Position numbers and translations under genes: made by a program | Notes under the pieces: generated by a model | Database searches by the model: none | What the model saw: the letters and a program-made list of their open reading frames with translations, nothing else | Told to the model about the DNA's origin: nothing | Shown here: one piece after another, positions 11,019 to 21,088 of the stretch | Layout: each line of letters opens with the position of its first letter | Numbering within the stretch: position 1 is the first letter of the stretch | Source: Wallemia ichthyophaga EXF-994 | Taxonomy: Eukaryota > Fungi > Basidiomycota | DNA length: 32,000 nucleotides | NCBI RefSeq assembly: GCF_000400465.1 | Contig: NW_008806282.1 | Coordinates: 90,001-122,000 of the forward strand | Direction of reading: 5' to 3'

Positions 11019-11576
11019 ATGAGAGTGTACACGTATTTATTAAATAAAATACCAAAATTAAAGGACTGGTCGAGGTCAGATGCGTCTCCGGTGGCTGCTT
11101 TGGTCGGTGGAGATAAGCCCAGGCAGAAGGAAGCGAGAAGACAGGATGCTAGTGGACCAGAGAACAAGGAAATGTGGATGAGGCATGCTTCAAGGATTAA
11201 GAATAAATATCCAGATGGCTGGCAGCCAAAGAATAAGCTCAGTAGGGGAGCTATGAATGGTATAAAGGAGCTACACGATTATGATCGTGTGGAGTTTAGC
11301 GTGGAAAACTTGAGTAGGCGTTTTAAGAGATCTCCGGAGAGTATACGTAGGGTTCTCAAGAGTAATTGGGTGCCTAATCAACTCAGGGCCAGTGAGCAGA
11401 ATGAGCGAGCGGAAAGGGGAGTCACGAATGAATTAAATTCATCTCAATCATCTCGGCCGCCTCACGGTACACACGCATCTCACACTCACCCAAATCGCAA
11501 ATCATTCTCAGATAACGTAAACGCCATCAAACAATATCTATCAAAGCATCCATCAAAACACTCAAACTCAAGTTGA
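11019..11576 (+). CDS. RRG9: Neugrin/Rrg9-like mitochondrial protein
   Basis: W.PKNKLSR.AMNGIKELH...LSRRFKRSPESIRRVLKSNWVP matches the neugrin/Rrg9 core as I recall it. Confidence 0.75.
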   Translation: MRVYTYLLNKIPKLKDWSRSDASPVAALVGGDKPRQKEARRQDASGPENKEMWMRHASRIKNKYPDGWQPKNKLSRGAMNGIKELHDYDRVEFSVENLSRRFKRSPESIRRVLKSNWVPNQLRASEQNERAERGVTNELNSSQSSRPPHGTHASHTHPNRKSFSDNVNAIKQYLSKHPSKHSNSS

Positions 11577-11583
11577 ATGACTA

Positions 11584-12225
11584 TCACCAGTTATAATAAG
11601 GTACAGGGTTTATAATCTTTGGAGACTCCCTCACCACACCAGGTGATCTAGTTTTGTTGAGAATTTTCATCCACTTTTGGTCCTTTTGTTGAGATATTGA
11701 GGGGTGAGGGGTGAGTAGTATCTTAAGCCTAGACTGTGGATGCTGCTTAATACCAGTTCTCATCCTACCTTTAATATCAATTCTCTTATCAGGCGTACCT
11801 CTATTAACGTATGCTTGATTAACGACAAGGTTGTGTCTGTCAAGACCCTTGGCAATGGCATGATCTCTAGCCAGCACGAGAGTACTCTTGATTCTCTTAC
11901 TAGCCCTCTTTTCACTGAATTGCATCTGGAGAATAGCGCTATCTATTGGCTTATGGGCGATCTGTCTACCCAAATCGTTTAGTTTTTTATGAGAAATTTT
12001 AAACCAAGCGGTAGAATAGGAGTGAGAGGTGTGTGTCTGTGTTGGAATTGGTAAGGGCTTTGCAGTTGGCTGTATAAGTGAAGATGAAGTATCCTTTGGT
12101 GCTGGCTTCTCGCTCAACTCAGGCTGAGCTTCGAGCTGCTTAGAGAACTTCTGCAGCTGCTGACTAAACCAAGGGAGTTTAAATGCTGATGATCTAGTCG
12201 ACGTTGAGAATTGGCGAAGACTCAT
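11584..12225 (-). CDS. MRPL22: Mitochondrial ribosomal protein uL22m
   Basis: KISHKKLNDLGRQIAHKPIDSAILQMQFSEKRASKRIK...RIDIKGR.R.GI is the uL22 signature. Presequence-like N-terminus MSLRQFSTSTRSS (ATG 12225). Confidence 0.9.
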   Translation of the reverse strand: MSLRQFSTSTRSSAFKLPWFSQQLQKFSKQLEAQPELSEKPAPKDTSSSLIQPTAKPLPIPTQTHTSHSYSTAWFKISHKKLNDLGRQIAHKPIDSAILQMQFSEKRASKRIKSTLVLARDHAIAKGLDRHNLVVNQAYVNRGTPDKRIDIKGRMRTGIKQHPQSRLKILLTPHPSISQQKDQKWMKILNKTRSPGVVRESPKIINPVPYYNW

Positions 12226-12253
12226 GGGATGGTGGTTACAGACAACAACCAAG

Positions 12254-12612
12254 ATGGCGATATCGATTGGGAATATTTTCTACATTTCATTATTGCTGGT
12301 AAATTCTATTGCCATTTTAAATCAAGAGAGGTTTCTTAGTAGGAGTGCGTCGTATCCAGCCAGCCAGCCATCCCAGCTATTGACACACACTCCCAGTCGG
12401 TTGGACACAATCAAATAATATTTATCAAGATGAAAATATCAAGACGAGGCTAATTAATTTAATCTCAGCTGTTAGAACCCTGATGAGATGTGAGTCGCTA
12501 GATAGTTGGCACACTAACACACATTAACGCAAACATACACACACACACACACACAGTCCCCCTTATTATACTCAATATCATTGTAATCATTTATCAAATT
12601 ATACTCGGCTAG
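12254..12612 (+). CDS. YOS1: Yos1-like small ER/Golgi transport membrane protein, 79 aa, 3 exons (missed by the ORF track)
   Basis: Exons 12254-12344, 12397-12489 and 12557-12612 give MAISIGNIFYISLLLVNSIAILNQERFLSRIGW...IKTRLINLISAVRTLMRFPLIILNIIVIIYQIILG, the Yos1/IER3IP1 pattern. Confidence 0.92.
12537..12555 (+). repeat. (AC)9 microsatellite at the 3' end of YOS1 intron 2
   Basis: Read directly; it ends at the CAG acceptor (12556). Confidence 0.9.
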
Positions 12613-12990
12613 TGCTTAAGTGTCGGCCAGGACAATGACCCAATTTTTCAATTTTTAGAAATATCGGGAGATAACCTGGCCTGTATTTACTCTAGCCAAT
12701 AGAGTACACGCCGTCTATCATTATCATCATAGAGGCTTTTTTTAACTCTTAAACGGCTTAAAGCATCTCTTCATCGTTTTTCTCGCTTAAAAACCCCTCT
12801 TAACGCGGCTTAACCGGGGTTAACAGGGAGTCTTTTAGTGGGAATATTCCAAGTTACAGGTTAGCTCATTAAATCACCCAATATACCTACAAAGCACCCC
12901 AAATTACCTACAAACACGCGCATCAGTAAAGACCACAAACACGCGACTGTCTTTCTTTTGTCCAACTATTCCATTTAGTCTCAAACGGCC

Positions 12991-13954
12991 ATGACGACGT
13001 TGATCACGTGTATGCTCAGCGTACTGGGTGTATTGGTATGTGCAATCGCCCGCACTATACACCCTCCTTCGGATCTGATCATTGCTGTTCCCCCGCGCAT
13101 ACCCTTTAGTTAGTTTGAGTTGAATGTCGCTGGATCTCACCTCTAACACGCAACCAGACGCGCCATTTCAATGGGGTTACTCGTTTAATGATACAAACAG
13201 CCAACTCTTCCGTTTCGATTACACTCTTGCGCGGCTAATCGCCCCGTCGGGCGAATCCTCGTCCCAGCAGCCCAATGGGACACTTGCGCGGATGTTCCCC
13301 GACAACATTGACAAAAAGAGCACGCCGTATGAATTCAAGTTGCCAGAAGGCACGCAGAGTCATTCGTCGTATGGGAAGAGACGTGCAGAGCGAGGGGAGC
13401 ACACCATGCACACCATGCACACCATGCACACCATGCAAGCGCGTTCGAGCAACATCTATACCATAGACAAACAAGCAATCAACACCACCACCCCGCTCTG
13501 TTTAACCACGACCAACACATCCACACCGAGCTACTACGAATGGCACAACGCCACTGAACCTGGCCATTGGACTGTGGAAGTGCAGTCGATCCTCCTCTAT
13601 GGCAGCAATGGCTATGAAGAGAAAGGGAATGAGACGTGCATCTCACCACCCTTCGCGTATGAACGCGTGCACTCCGAGGCTCAATTTTCAGTGTCGACAC
13701 TCGATGTTGAACAAGTGGAAAAGGAGAGCGAGACTGGGGATGGTGGCACTGCTTCCATCACCACTACCACTACCACATCCACGTATTCCCCACAGACTAG
13801 CGCTTCAGCTACGCTCGTGCACACTTCCTTCTCTCCCTCGCCTACAGGTAACATACTTGTATCGGGGTATGACAGAGATGCAGCCGCGTCACAGAATCTC
13901 ACTCTCACTCTCACTCTCCTCTCACTCTCCTTTGTTATCTTATATCTCTTGTAA
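12991..13954 (+). CDS. Secreted, probably GPI-anchored S/T-rich cell-surface protein of unknown family, about 304 aa, 2 exons
   Basis: Upstream exon 12991-13108 encodes a signal-peptide-like MTTLITCMLSVLGVLVCAIA. Intron 13109-13157 (GTTAGT...CTAAC...CAG, 49 nt) joins it in frame to the 13124 ORF. S/T stretch and hydrophobic C-terminus LTLTLTLLSLSFVILYLL. Confidence 0.7.
13400..13437 (+). repeat. (CACACCATG)4 coding repeat, (HTM)4
   Basis: Four perfect 9-bp units read directly. Confidence 0.93.
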
Positions 13955-13986
13955 TCATATCCATTTCGTTCGTCACTACCATCATC

Positions 13987-16131
13987 ATGATGTCTAATCA
14001 GATAAACGGAGTCGCGGAGATGGGCTCGGAGATGGACAAGCGAGCGGAGATCGACGCTACTGGCCGAATGGCAGGGATGAGGGTGGACGATAGCGAGATA
14101 ACTGGCCATTTCGACAGAGATGGATGTGACGGTGGAGATGGCGACAACAACGGCGAGAACAACAACGATAATAACACCAGCAACAACGCAAACAACAGTA
14201 ACTCCACCCAGCGTCCACTCACGATAGTCTACTCGACAGAAACCGGCAATGCGCAAGACGTAGCAGAGCGATTAGGGCGACTAGGTGAGCGGTGGCGATG
14301 GGAAGTGAGGGTTTGCGAAGCGGATGAGTTCGACATCAATACTCTCCTCACAGCGCCGATAATTCTCTTCGTGCTCTCAACGACTGGCAACGGAGAGCAC
14401 AACCCCACTTTTCGCAGTCTGTGGCGGCAGCTGCTCAATTCACGTCTACCGTCGGATTTGCTGGATGGGCTGGTATATGGGGTGTTTGGGCTGGGCGACT
14501 CCTCGTATGCGCGTTTCAACTGGGCCGCTAAATCGCTCGATCGTCGGCTCGATAGTCTCGGTGCGCAGCGCGTCGTCGGCAGAGGCGATGGCGATGAGAG
14601 ACATTACATGGGATATGATGGTGTCTTTCTGCCGTGGTCCGGCGTTCTCTTCAACAACCTCAATCACCTCCTTCCCCTCCCCAAAGGCGTGGATAAGTTG
14701 GATGACGATTACCTCCCCCCACCGCGCGTCAAGATGGAGTGGCTGAATGGGAGCGGGAGTGGGAGTGGTAGTAAGAATAGCAGCTCTAGCAACACCACGA
14801 ACAACACCAACACACCACCAAATAATCCTAGCACGCCTTACACCTGCACACTTGACAGCAGCACGCGTCTCACATCCCCGTCATGGTGGCAGGATGTACG
14901 CCATCTAGTACTAAACACCCCACCCACTCTGCCCCCCTTCCGCGCCGGTGATGTAGCTGTGTTGCAGCCGCGCAACGAACCCAGCGCGATATCCAACCTC
15001 GTGCGCCAATTAGGGTGGGAGGAATGTGCGGATGAGTTATTGCTGCTTTGTGACAGGCAGTCTAGTCACTCTGATAACGCAAATCACGATACTCAAACTC
15101 ACACTACCCACCTCCCAAGCCCCCTGCAACGATACACCCACACACCCACCACACTGCGCCATCTACTCACATACCACTTATCGCCCTACGCGGTACCACG
15201 AACGACGTTCTTTGAGTACTTGGCACACTTCACCAGTAGCGACGTGGAGAGGGAGCGTCTACGTGAGTTCACCAGCGCACAAGGCGCCGATGAGCTGTAC
15301 GAGTATTGCGCACGTGTGCGCCGTACTGCCCCGGAAGTGCTCGATGACTTCAAGTCTGTTCGCATCCCGCCCCGGTATGCCCTCGACGTCTTCCCTCTTC
15401 TCCGCCCGCGCAAGTTTAGCATAGCGGGGAGCAAAAAGTCACATTCACACGCTCACGCCTCAAACCAGCTGCAGCTCTGTATCGCTCTCGTCAGGTACAA
15501 GACTAAACTGGCAAGGCCGCGCATGGGAATTTGCAGCGCTTGGTTGGAGAGTCTGAAGCAGGGCGACGAGGTGCATGTGGGCGTGGAGGAGGGGACTATT
15601 AGGGCACCGCGGCGTGTGAATGGGCATGAGGATGCGGATGAGCACGCTGATAATAACTTGACACACACACCTCCCCTTCTCCTCGTCGGGCCTGGTACTG
15701 GTGTGGCGCCGATGCGCGCACTGGTGCAAGAACGTGAGCGTGACATTCACACCCAACCAAGCGCACAAAACACCGCTCTCTATTTCGGTTGCAGATGCAG
15801 TGGAATGGACGAATTGTATGCAGATGAGATGCAGTCGCTCGCTAGGGCTGGACGGCTCCATTACCGCGTGGCGCACTCTCGCGATGACGTTCACGGTAAC
15901 AAGGAATACGTTCAGCACCTCCTCCAACAGGATGGAAAACGCGTCTATAATTGGCTCGTGGAGCGCAGCGGATATCTTTTCATTAGTGGCAGCTCGGGAC
16001 AGATGCCCAAGGGAGTTAGAAAAGCTGTCGCTAGTATCATCGAGAGGCTCGAAGGGGTGGATGAGAACACCGCGATGAGAAAAGTGGAGTATTTCGAAAG
16101 CATTGGGAGGATTGTGGAGGAGTGTTGGTAG
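13987..16131 (+). CDS. TAH18: NADPH-dependent diflavin oxidoreductase 1 (Tah18/NDOR1; cytosolic Fe-S assembly)
   Basis: Flavodoxin motifs IVYSTETGNAQDVAE, STTGNG, FGLGDSSY..FNWAAK.LDRRL; FAD/NADPH motifs PRKFSIA, GPGTGVAPMR, LYFGCR; terminal W (EECW). Exact start uncertain (several Met in the N-terminal extension). Confidence 0.92.
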   Translation: MMSNQINGVAEMGSEMDKRAEIDATGRMAGMRVDDSEITGHFDRDGCDGGDGDNNGENNNDNNTSNNANNSNSTQRPLTIVYSTETGNAQDVAERLGRLGERWRWEVRVCEADEFDINTLLTAPIILFVLSTTGNGEHNPTFRSLWRQLLNSRLPSDLLDGLVYGVFGLGDSSYARFNWAAKSLDRRLDSLGAQRVVGRGDGDERHYMGYDGVFLPWSGVLFNNLNHLLPLPKGVDKLDDDYLPPPRVKMEWLNGSGSGSGSKNSSSSNTTNNTNTPPNNPSTPYTCTLDSSTRLTSPSWWQDVRHLVLNTPPTLPPFRAGDVAVLQPRNEPSAISNLVRQLGWEECADELLLLCDRQSSHSDNANHDTQTHTTHLPSPLQRYTHTPTTLRHLLTYHLSPYAVPRTTFFEYLAHFTSSDVERERLREFTSAQGADELYEYCARVRRTAPEVLDDFKSVRIPPRYALDVFPLLRPRKFSIAGSKKSHSHAHASNQLQLCIALVRYKTKLARPRMGICSAWLESLKQGDEVHVGVEEGTIRAPRRVNGHEDADEHADNNLTHTPPLLLVGPGTGVAPMRALVQERERDIHTQPSAQNTALYFGCRCSGMDELYADEMQSLARAGRLHYRVAHSRDDVHGNKEYVQHLLQQDGKRVYNWLVERSGYLFISGSSGQMPKGVRKAVASIIERLEGVDENTAMRKVEYFESIGRIVEECW

Positions 16132-16221
16132 AAAGAGAAATATTGGTTAAAGATGCGTCGGTAGATGAAAAGGATAAAAGTACATGCATTGCAATTTATA
16201 GATAGATACATAGTCACATAA

Positions 16222-17051
16222 TTACATACCGTGAGCTCCAAATTTAGTTAGCGTATGCACAGGGAACGGACTGTCACATGTCGAGCAGCGTTGTGGGGGA
16301 TGGCAGAAAACTGGTCAAGGTGGATTAGCAAGACAAAGAAAATTTTCAAGCACGACCCACTACTAAGACAGACAGAGCAGATGTAAGCCATATCCACGAT
16401 ACGCTTATGGCAGAAACAGGCAGCTCTGAAATCGACCTTGTCAGAGCGTGGCTGGACGAGCTTATGCCTGAGGGCGTGGTTTGGGAGGAAAGCCATGATG
16501 AGATACTGGATGAGGCTATCAATGTACTTGACTTGTATGTAGTTACCGCCGGTGAGATGCGCTGCCTGTTGAAGGAAGATGGTGTTGCTGTTATACAGCT
16601 CGCACACGTCGACGAGTATCTTAGCTTTTTGTGCAGCAAAAATCGAGTTCATGAGGCTGACGTAGTGTGAAGGGACATCATCGGAGGTAGTGATTACGAG
16701 AATGCGGAAGGAGTGGGGGGAGTCTGAGCTGGCGCTGGCTTCGTTTAGCTTCCGGTTGATGTGGCAGAGCGACTGGGCGAGAGTGGTGGCTAGCGTGGCT
16801 TTGACGGGTTTATCCGTGCGATAGAAATCCCGCACACACTCCACAAACACCTCAGAGAGCTGGCTGAAGTTTGCGTCATCTTCGTGCGTATCGAAAAGAA
16901 TCTTATTATTGAGGTGCACCGAGGCTGAATTCAAGTCGGAATTACTTAAATGCAAATTAATAAATACGAGCAGCTGCTTCAACGAAGATAGAGAAACATT
17001 TTTATTTTTCAACTCAAGGACCACGCTCAGATGGTTTGACGTGGTCGCCAT
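16222..17051 (-). CDS. TFB4: TFIIH subunit Tfb4/p34, about 259 aa, 2 exons
   Basis: LMNSIFAAQK, FLQQAAHLTGGNY, VDFRAACFCHKRIVDMAYICSVCLS; intron 16311-16360 completes the zinc finger IFCHPPQRCSTC. Confidence 0.92.
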
Positions 17052-17093
17052 CGCTGTTACGGAGCAACGTCCAACACCCGGAATACGCGAGAG

Positions 17094-19754
17094 ATGAGAA
17101 TTTGGGCATTAATTCTGGCACTGATTTATACCGTCTATGCCACGAGCATCCTCAGCATCGACCTCGGCAGCGACTCGCTAAAGATTGGTCTCATCGGCAG
17201 CGGGAATCTCGACGTCGTCCTCGATAAAGACAGCTCACGGAAGCTGCAGTCGACTGTTGGCTTTAAGGGCGATGACAGACTCTTCGGTAAGCAGGCACTC
17301 CAGAACAGCAACAAAAATCCAGACACCAGCTATCCTCATCTCAAAATGCTCATTGGGAAGACTGCTGAGGCTGACAGCACACAGCGTTGGGAAGCGATAT
17401 TCCCCGCAGTAGACAACAGCGTCACTGACAGAGGCACGCTCCAGCTGCACTCGCATAAAGACGCGTATGCGATCGAAGAACTCCTGGCTATGCAATTCCA
17501 CTACGCCAGACAGCTCGCTCAGATGCAAAGTGGTGAGACTATAAAGGATGTCGTATTGACTGTGGGTAGCTAATGTGTTGTACACTTTCTCTAACTTCTT
17601 TCACAGCTCCCGCCTTACTTCTCTACCTACGAAAGACAGGCTGTGTTGGACGCAGTCAATTTGGCAGCTCTCCAGCCAATCGCTCTTATCAATGATGGCA
17701 CTGCTGTCGCCGTCAACTACGCAATGACCCGTTCGTTTGACTCTACTCCAGCTTCGTACGTTATATACGACGCAGGCGCGTCCTCACTTAGCGCAACTTT
17801 CGTTGAAATATCCTCCCACTCTCCACCCAAGAAGCGCTTCGGCAGCAAGCAGAACACTACCGAAATCAACGTTATTGGCACTGCATACGATGACAGCGTT
17901 GGTGGTGTTGACCTTGATCACCGTCTGCGCGATATCCTCGCAGACGCCTTCGAGCAGCAGCACAACCTCGACCAAAGCTGGCGAGGCAATGCACGTGCAT
18001 GGAACAAGCTTCTTGTGGAGGCTAATCGCGTCAAGCATATACTCTCCGCCAATTCAGAATCCCAGGCGACAATCGAAGGTCTGCACGATGAGCTTGATTT
18101 TAAGAGCACAGTGAGTAGGGAGCAGTTCAAGGCAGCTATCGAAGACTACCAAATGAGGTGGTCGGCGCCAATTTCTGAAGTACTCGCTAAGACTGGTAGG
18201 GGTATTGATGGTGTTGACGCTGTTATTCTTACCGGTGGTGCCTCTCGCATCCCTATCATTCAATCGCAAGTCAGAGCGTTTGTGGGCGATGACAAAATTA
18301 GCACATCTGTTAATGCAGATGAGAGTGCTGTCTTGGGTGCTGCTTTCTACGGCGCTACATTCAGTAAATCGTTCAGAACTAAACCTCTCACAGTACACGA
18401 GGCTAGCGTGTACTCAATGGAGGGTGTGGGAATGGACGTGAGTGAGCATGGCACTCTGCTTTGGAAGGAGGGCGCTTCTCTCCCAACCAACAATACCATC
18501 TCTCTCCCACCTAGAGATGCGACAGTGGTGGTAAAATACACCGCAGACTCCATTCCACACGACCAACAGGCTGCTTACATGCAGCTTAATGTGACGGGTG
18601 TGGATGGAGCGCTCGCCGAAATGAACCTCAGCTATGAAGAAGCTGCTGCTGCGAATGTGAGAGTGGATATAGGTGTGGAACACACGTCATTCTCGCTCGT
18701 TCTTCCTACCGCTGCCGAGCTCGTTGTACCTGCTCCAGCTTCGCACGACGGTCTCACAGGCAAGCTGAAAGAATGGTTTAGCGTGGGAGCAGGTGGAGCA
18801 AAAGGAGAAGAAAAGAATGAAAACGGCACTACTACAGACAGCACAACACCTACACCCCCACACGCACAAGAAAAGAGGATCAAGTTGACGCTCTCAAGTC
18901 TTCCAGCCTCGCTTCAGCCGATGACGGTGGACCTGAAGGGGGAGTCTATGAACAAGCTGATGGCGCTCAACTACGCAGAGGCAATGGAAGGGCTTCGCGA
19001 GGAGACATTCAATGGCTTTGAAAGTAAGCTGTATATGTTGAAGGCATTGATAGAGAACGTAGACGGGAAATATGACGCGTTCCATAACGCCACGCTGCCA
19101 GAGGAAATGCGAGCGCTGGAAAGTGCACACGCAACAGCACTCACATGGCTCGATGAGGAGGGATGGTCAGCTACACTGGAGCAGATTCAGAAGGAGGCGA
19201 CTAAGATTGGAGCCATCGAACAACCAGTTAAGGAACGTATTAGGAATGGGCAGGTGAAGGCAGCTGCTTTAGGTGACCTCCAGAAGGCATTGTTTGCAGG
19301 TAGGACTTTCCTCAAGGAGGCGAGAAAGAACTTGACAACCACGGATGAGTCGAGATATTCATTCAAAGAGGTCGACGAATTCGAGGCTCACCTCTTCCAG
19401 ACCGAGAACTGGCTCAGGCCGCTGATGCGCAAGGATGGAGAGGCAAAACCATGGGAAGAAGGGGCATATACGGCGACTGAGTTGGAAGTCGCTGGGAGGA
19501 GTGTACAGGATTTCTTTATGGAATTGACTGAGAGGCTGCCAAGGAAGGCTGAGGAGAGTGTTACAGAGAGTGCTACGGAGAGCAGCCAGAGCACAACATC
19601 TGCACCTGCATCTGAAGCCAGCTCCTCAGGCACTCATTCAGACAACTCTTCAGGTACTCAAGACACACCAGGCACTCCAACACCACCAAACAAAAGCAAG
19701 TCAAGTGAGTCAGGTGAGACAGAGAAAAACCACCACAGCCACGATGAACTATAA
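17094..19754 (+). CDS. LHS1: ER-lumenal atypical Hsp70 / nucleotide-exchange factor (Lhs1/GRP170/HYOU1), about 871 aa, 2 exons
   Basis: Signal peptide, SIDLGSDSLK, LINDGTAVAVNY, YDAGASS, ILTGGASRIP, VNADESAVLGAAFY and C-terminal HDEL. Intron 17562-17606. Confidence 0.92.
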
Positions 19755-19993
19755 AAGAGAGATGCATTTATTTAATTTTAGATTTCATTATCAGTTGACG
19801 TGGGTTGGCATGTGATAGATACCGCAGCTGGCGAGATGTTTGGTGAATGAAGTGAATGAGTAACACACAGCAGCTGCTAGCGGTGACAAACATCCGAAAT
19901 TATTGGGGATCGTGTGATTATAATAAATCCGCGTTGGGTTTAAATTGCTCTAAACGCACTCTCACCTCAACAACCAACACGAAATAAGAAAAA

Positions 19994-20995
19994 ATGGTTT
20001 TAATTAAAGCAGCTATCTGTGGTGCAGGCGGTGGAATTGGTCAGCCATTATCCCTCCTCACTGCGCAAAACCCACATATCGGTGAAGTCTCTCTGTTTGA
20101 TGTTGTCCCATCAGTACACGGTGTCGCTGCCGATTTATCCCACTTGGACGGCACAGCTGTTGTAAAGGGCTACACTAAGGAGAATGATGGTTTGAAGCAC
20201 GCTCTCACCGGTGCAAATGTCGTCATTATACCTGCAGGTGTTCCACGTAAGCCTGGGATGACTCGTGATGACCTCTTCAAGATCAACGCATCTATTTGCC
20301 GTGATTTGGCCACTGGTATTGCCGATTACGCTCCAGATGCCATCGTCGGTGTCGTATCAAACCCTGTCAACTCCACCGTTCCTGTCTTTGTTGAGACTCT
20401 CAAAGCAAAGGGCGTCTTTAACGCTCGCAAGGTCTTCGGTGTCACCACCCTCGATATCGTTAGATCATCCAAGTTCGTCGCTGAGGTCCTCGGTAAGCCT
20501 AACGAGGCTCCTCAATACACTATCCCTGTTATCGGTGGTCACTCAGGCAAAACTATCATACCTGTTATCAGCCAGTCTCAGCCAAAGGTCGATATCTCCG
20601 GCGACAAACTCAACACTCTCGTCAACAGAATTCAATTCGGTGGTGACGAAGTTGTTAAGGCTAAAGATGGTGCTGGTTCAGCGACCCTTTCAATGGCATA
20701 CGCTGGTTCTAAGTTTTTGAACGCTGTCGTTAGCTCCGTCTACGCTGATAAACCTAGCGTCATCCAAGCTTACGTATACCTCCCTGAGTTGCCAGGTGGT
20801 GACGCCATCAAGAATGACATTGGAAAGGATGTCTCTTACTTCTCCGTTTCCCTCCAGCTCGGTAAGAGCGGTGTTGAGAAAGTTCTCCCTGTTGGTCCAC
20901 TCAGCGACTACGAGAAGGGTCTCCTTCAAGAGGCTCTCCCTGAATTAGACGCTTCCATTGTCAAGGGTGTTGGTTTCGGAAAGAGTTCACTTTAG
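19994..20995 (+). CDS. MDH: NAD-dependent malate dehydrogenase without mitochondrial presequence; ends in -KSSL
   Basis: GAGGGIGQPLSLL, IPAGVPRKPGMTRDDLF, NPVNSTVP, GVTTLDIVR, GGHSG, GSATLSMAYAG. Confidence 0.95.
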   Translation: MVLIKAAICGAGGGIGQPLSLLTAQNPHIGEVSLFDVVPSVHGVAADLSHLDGTAVVKGYTKENDGLKHALTGANVVIIPAGVPRKPGMTRDDLFKINASICRDLATGIADYAPDAIVGVVSNPVNSTVPVFVETLKAKGVFNARKVFGVTTLDIVRSSKFVAEVLGKPNEAPQYTIPVIGGHSGKTIIPVISQSQPKVDISGDKLNTLVNRIQFGGDEVVKAKDGAGSATLSMAYAGSKFLNAVVSSVYADKPSVIQAYVYLPELPGGDAIKNDIGKDVSYFSVSLQLGKSGVEKVLPVGPLSDYEKGLLQEALPELDASIVKGVGFGKSSL

Positions 20996-21088
20996 GTATG
21001 ACAGTGGTTTGTATTGTTACTGAAGTATGCATGAAATATATCAATCGCAGTGTGCAAATAAGAGTTGTGTTGGTAGTTAAAATTAGTA

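Noticed and set aside
13369-13466. Possible intron removing the (HTM)4 repeat (GTATGG...CATAG)
   Set aside because: Donor and acceptor phases do not match (frameshift), and 98 nt is outside the local 45-54-nt intron range.
20993-21001. Stop-codon read-through to expose a cryptic PTS1 in MDH
   Set aside because: TAG is followed by GTA TGA, so the extension is too short and not PTS1-like.
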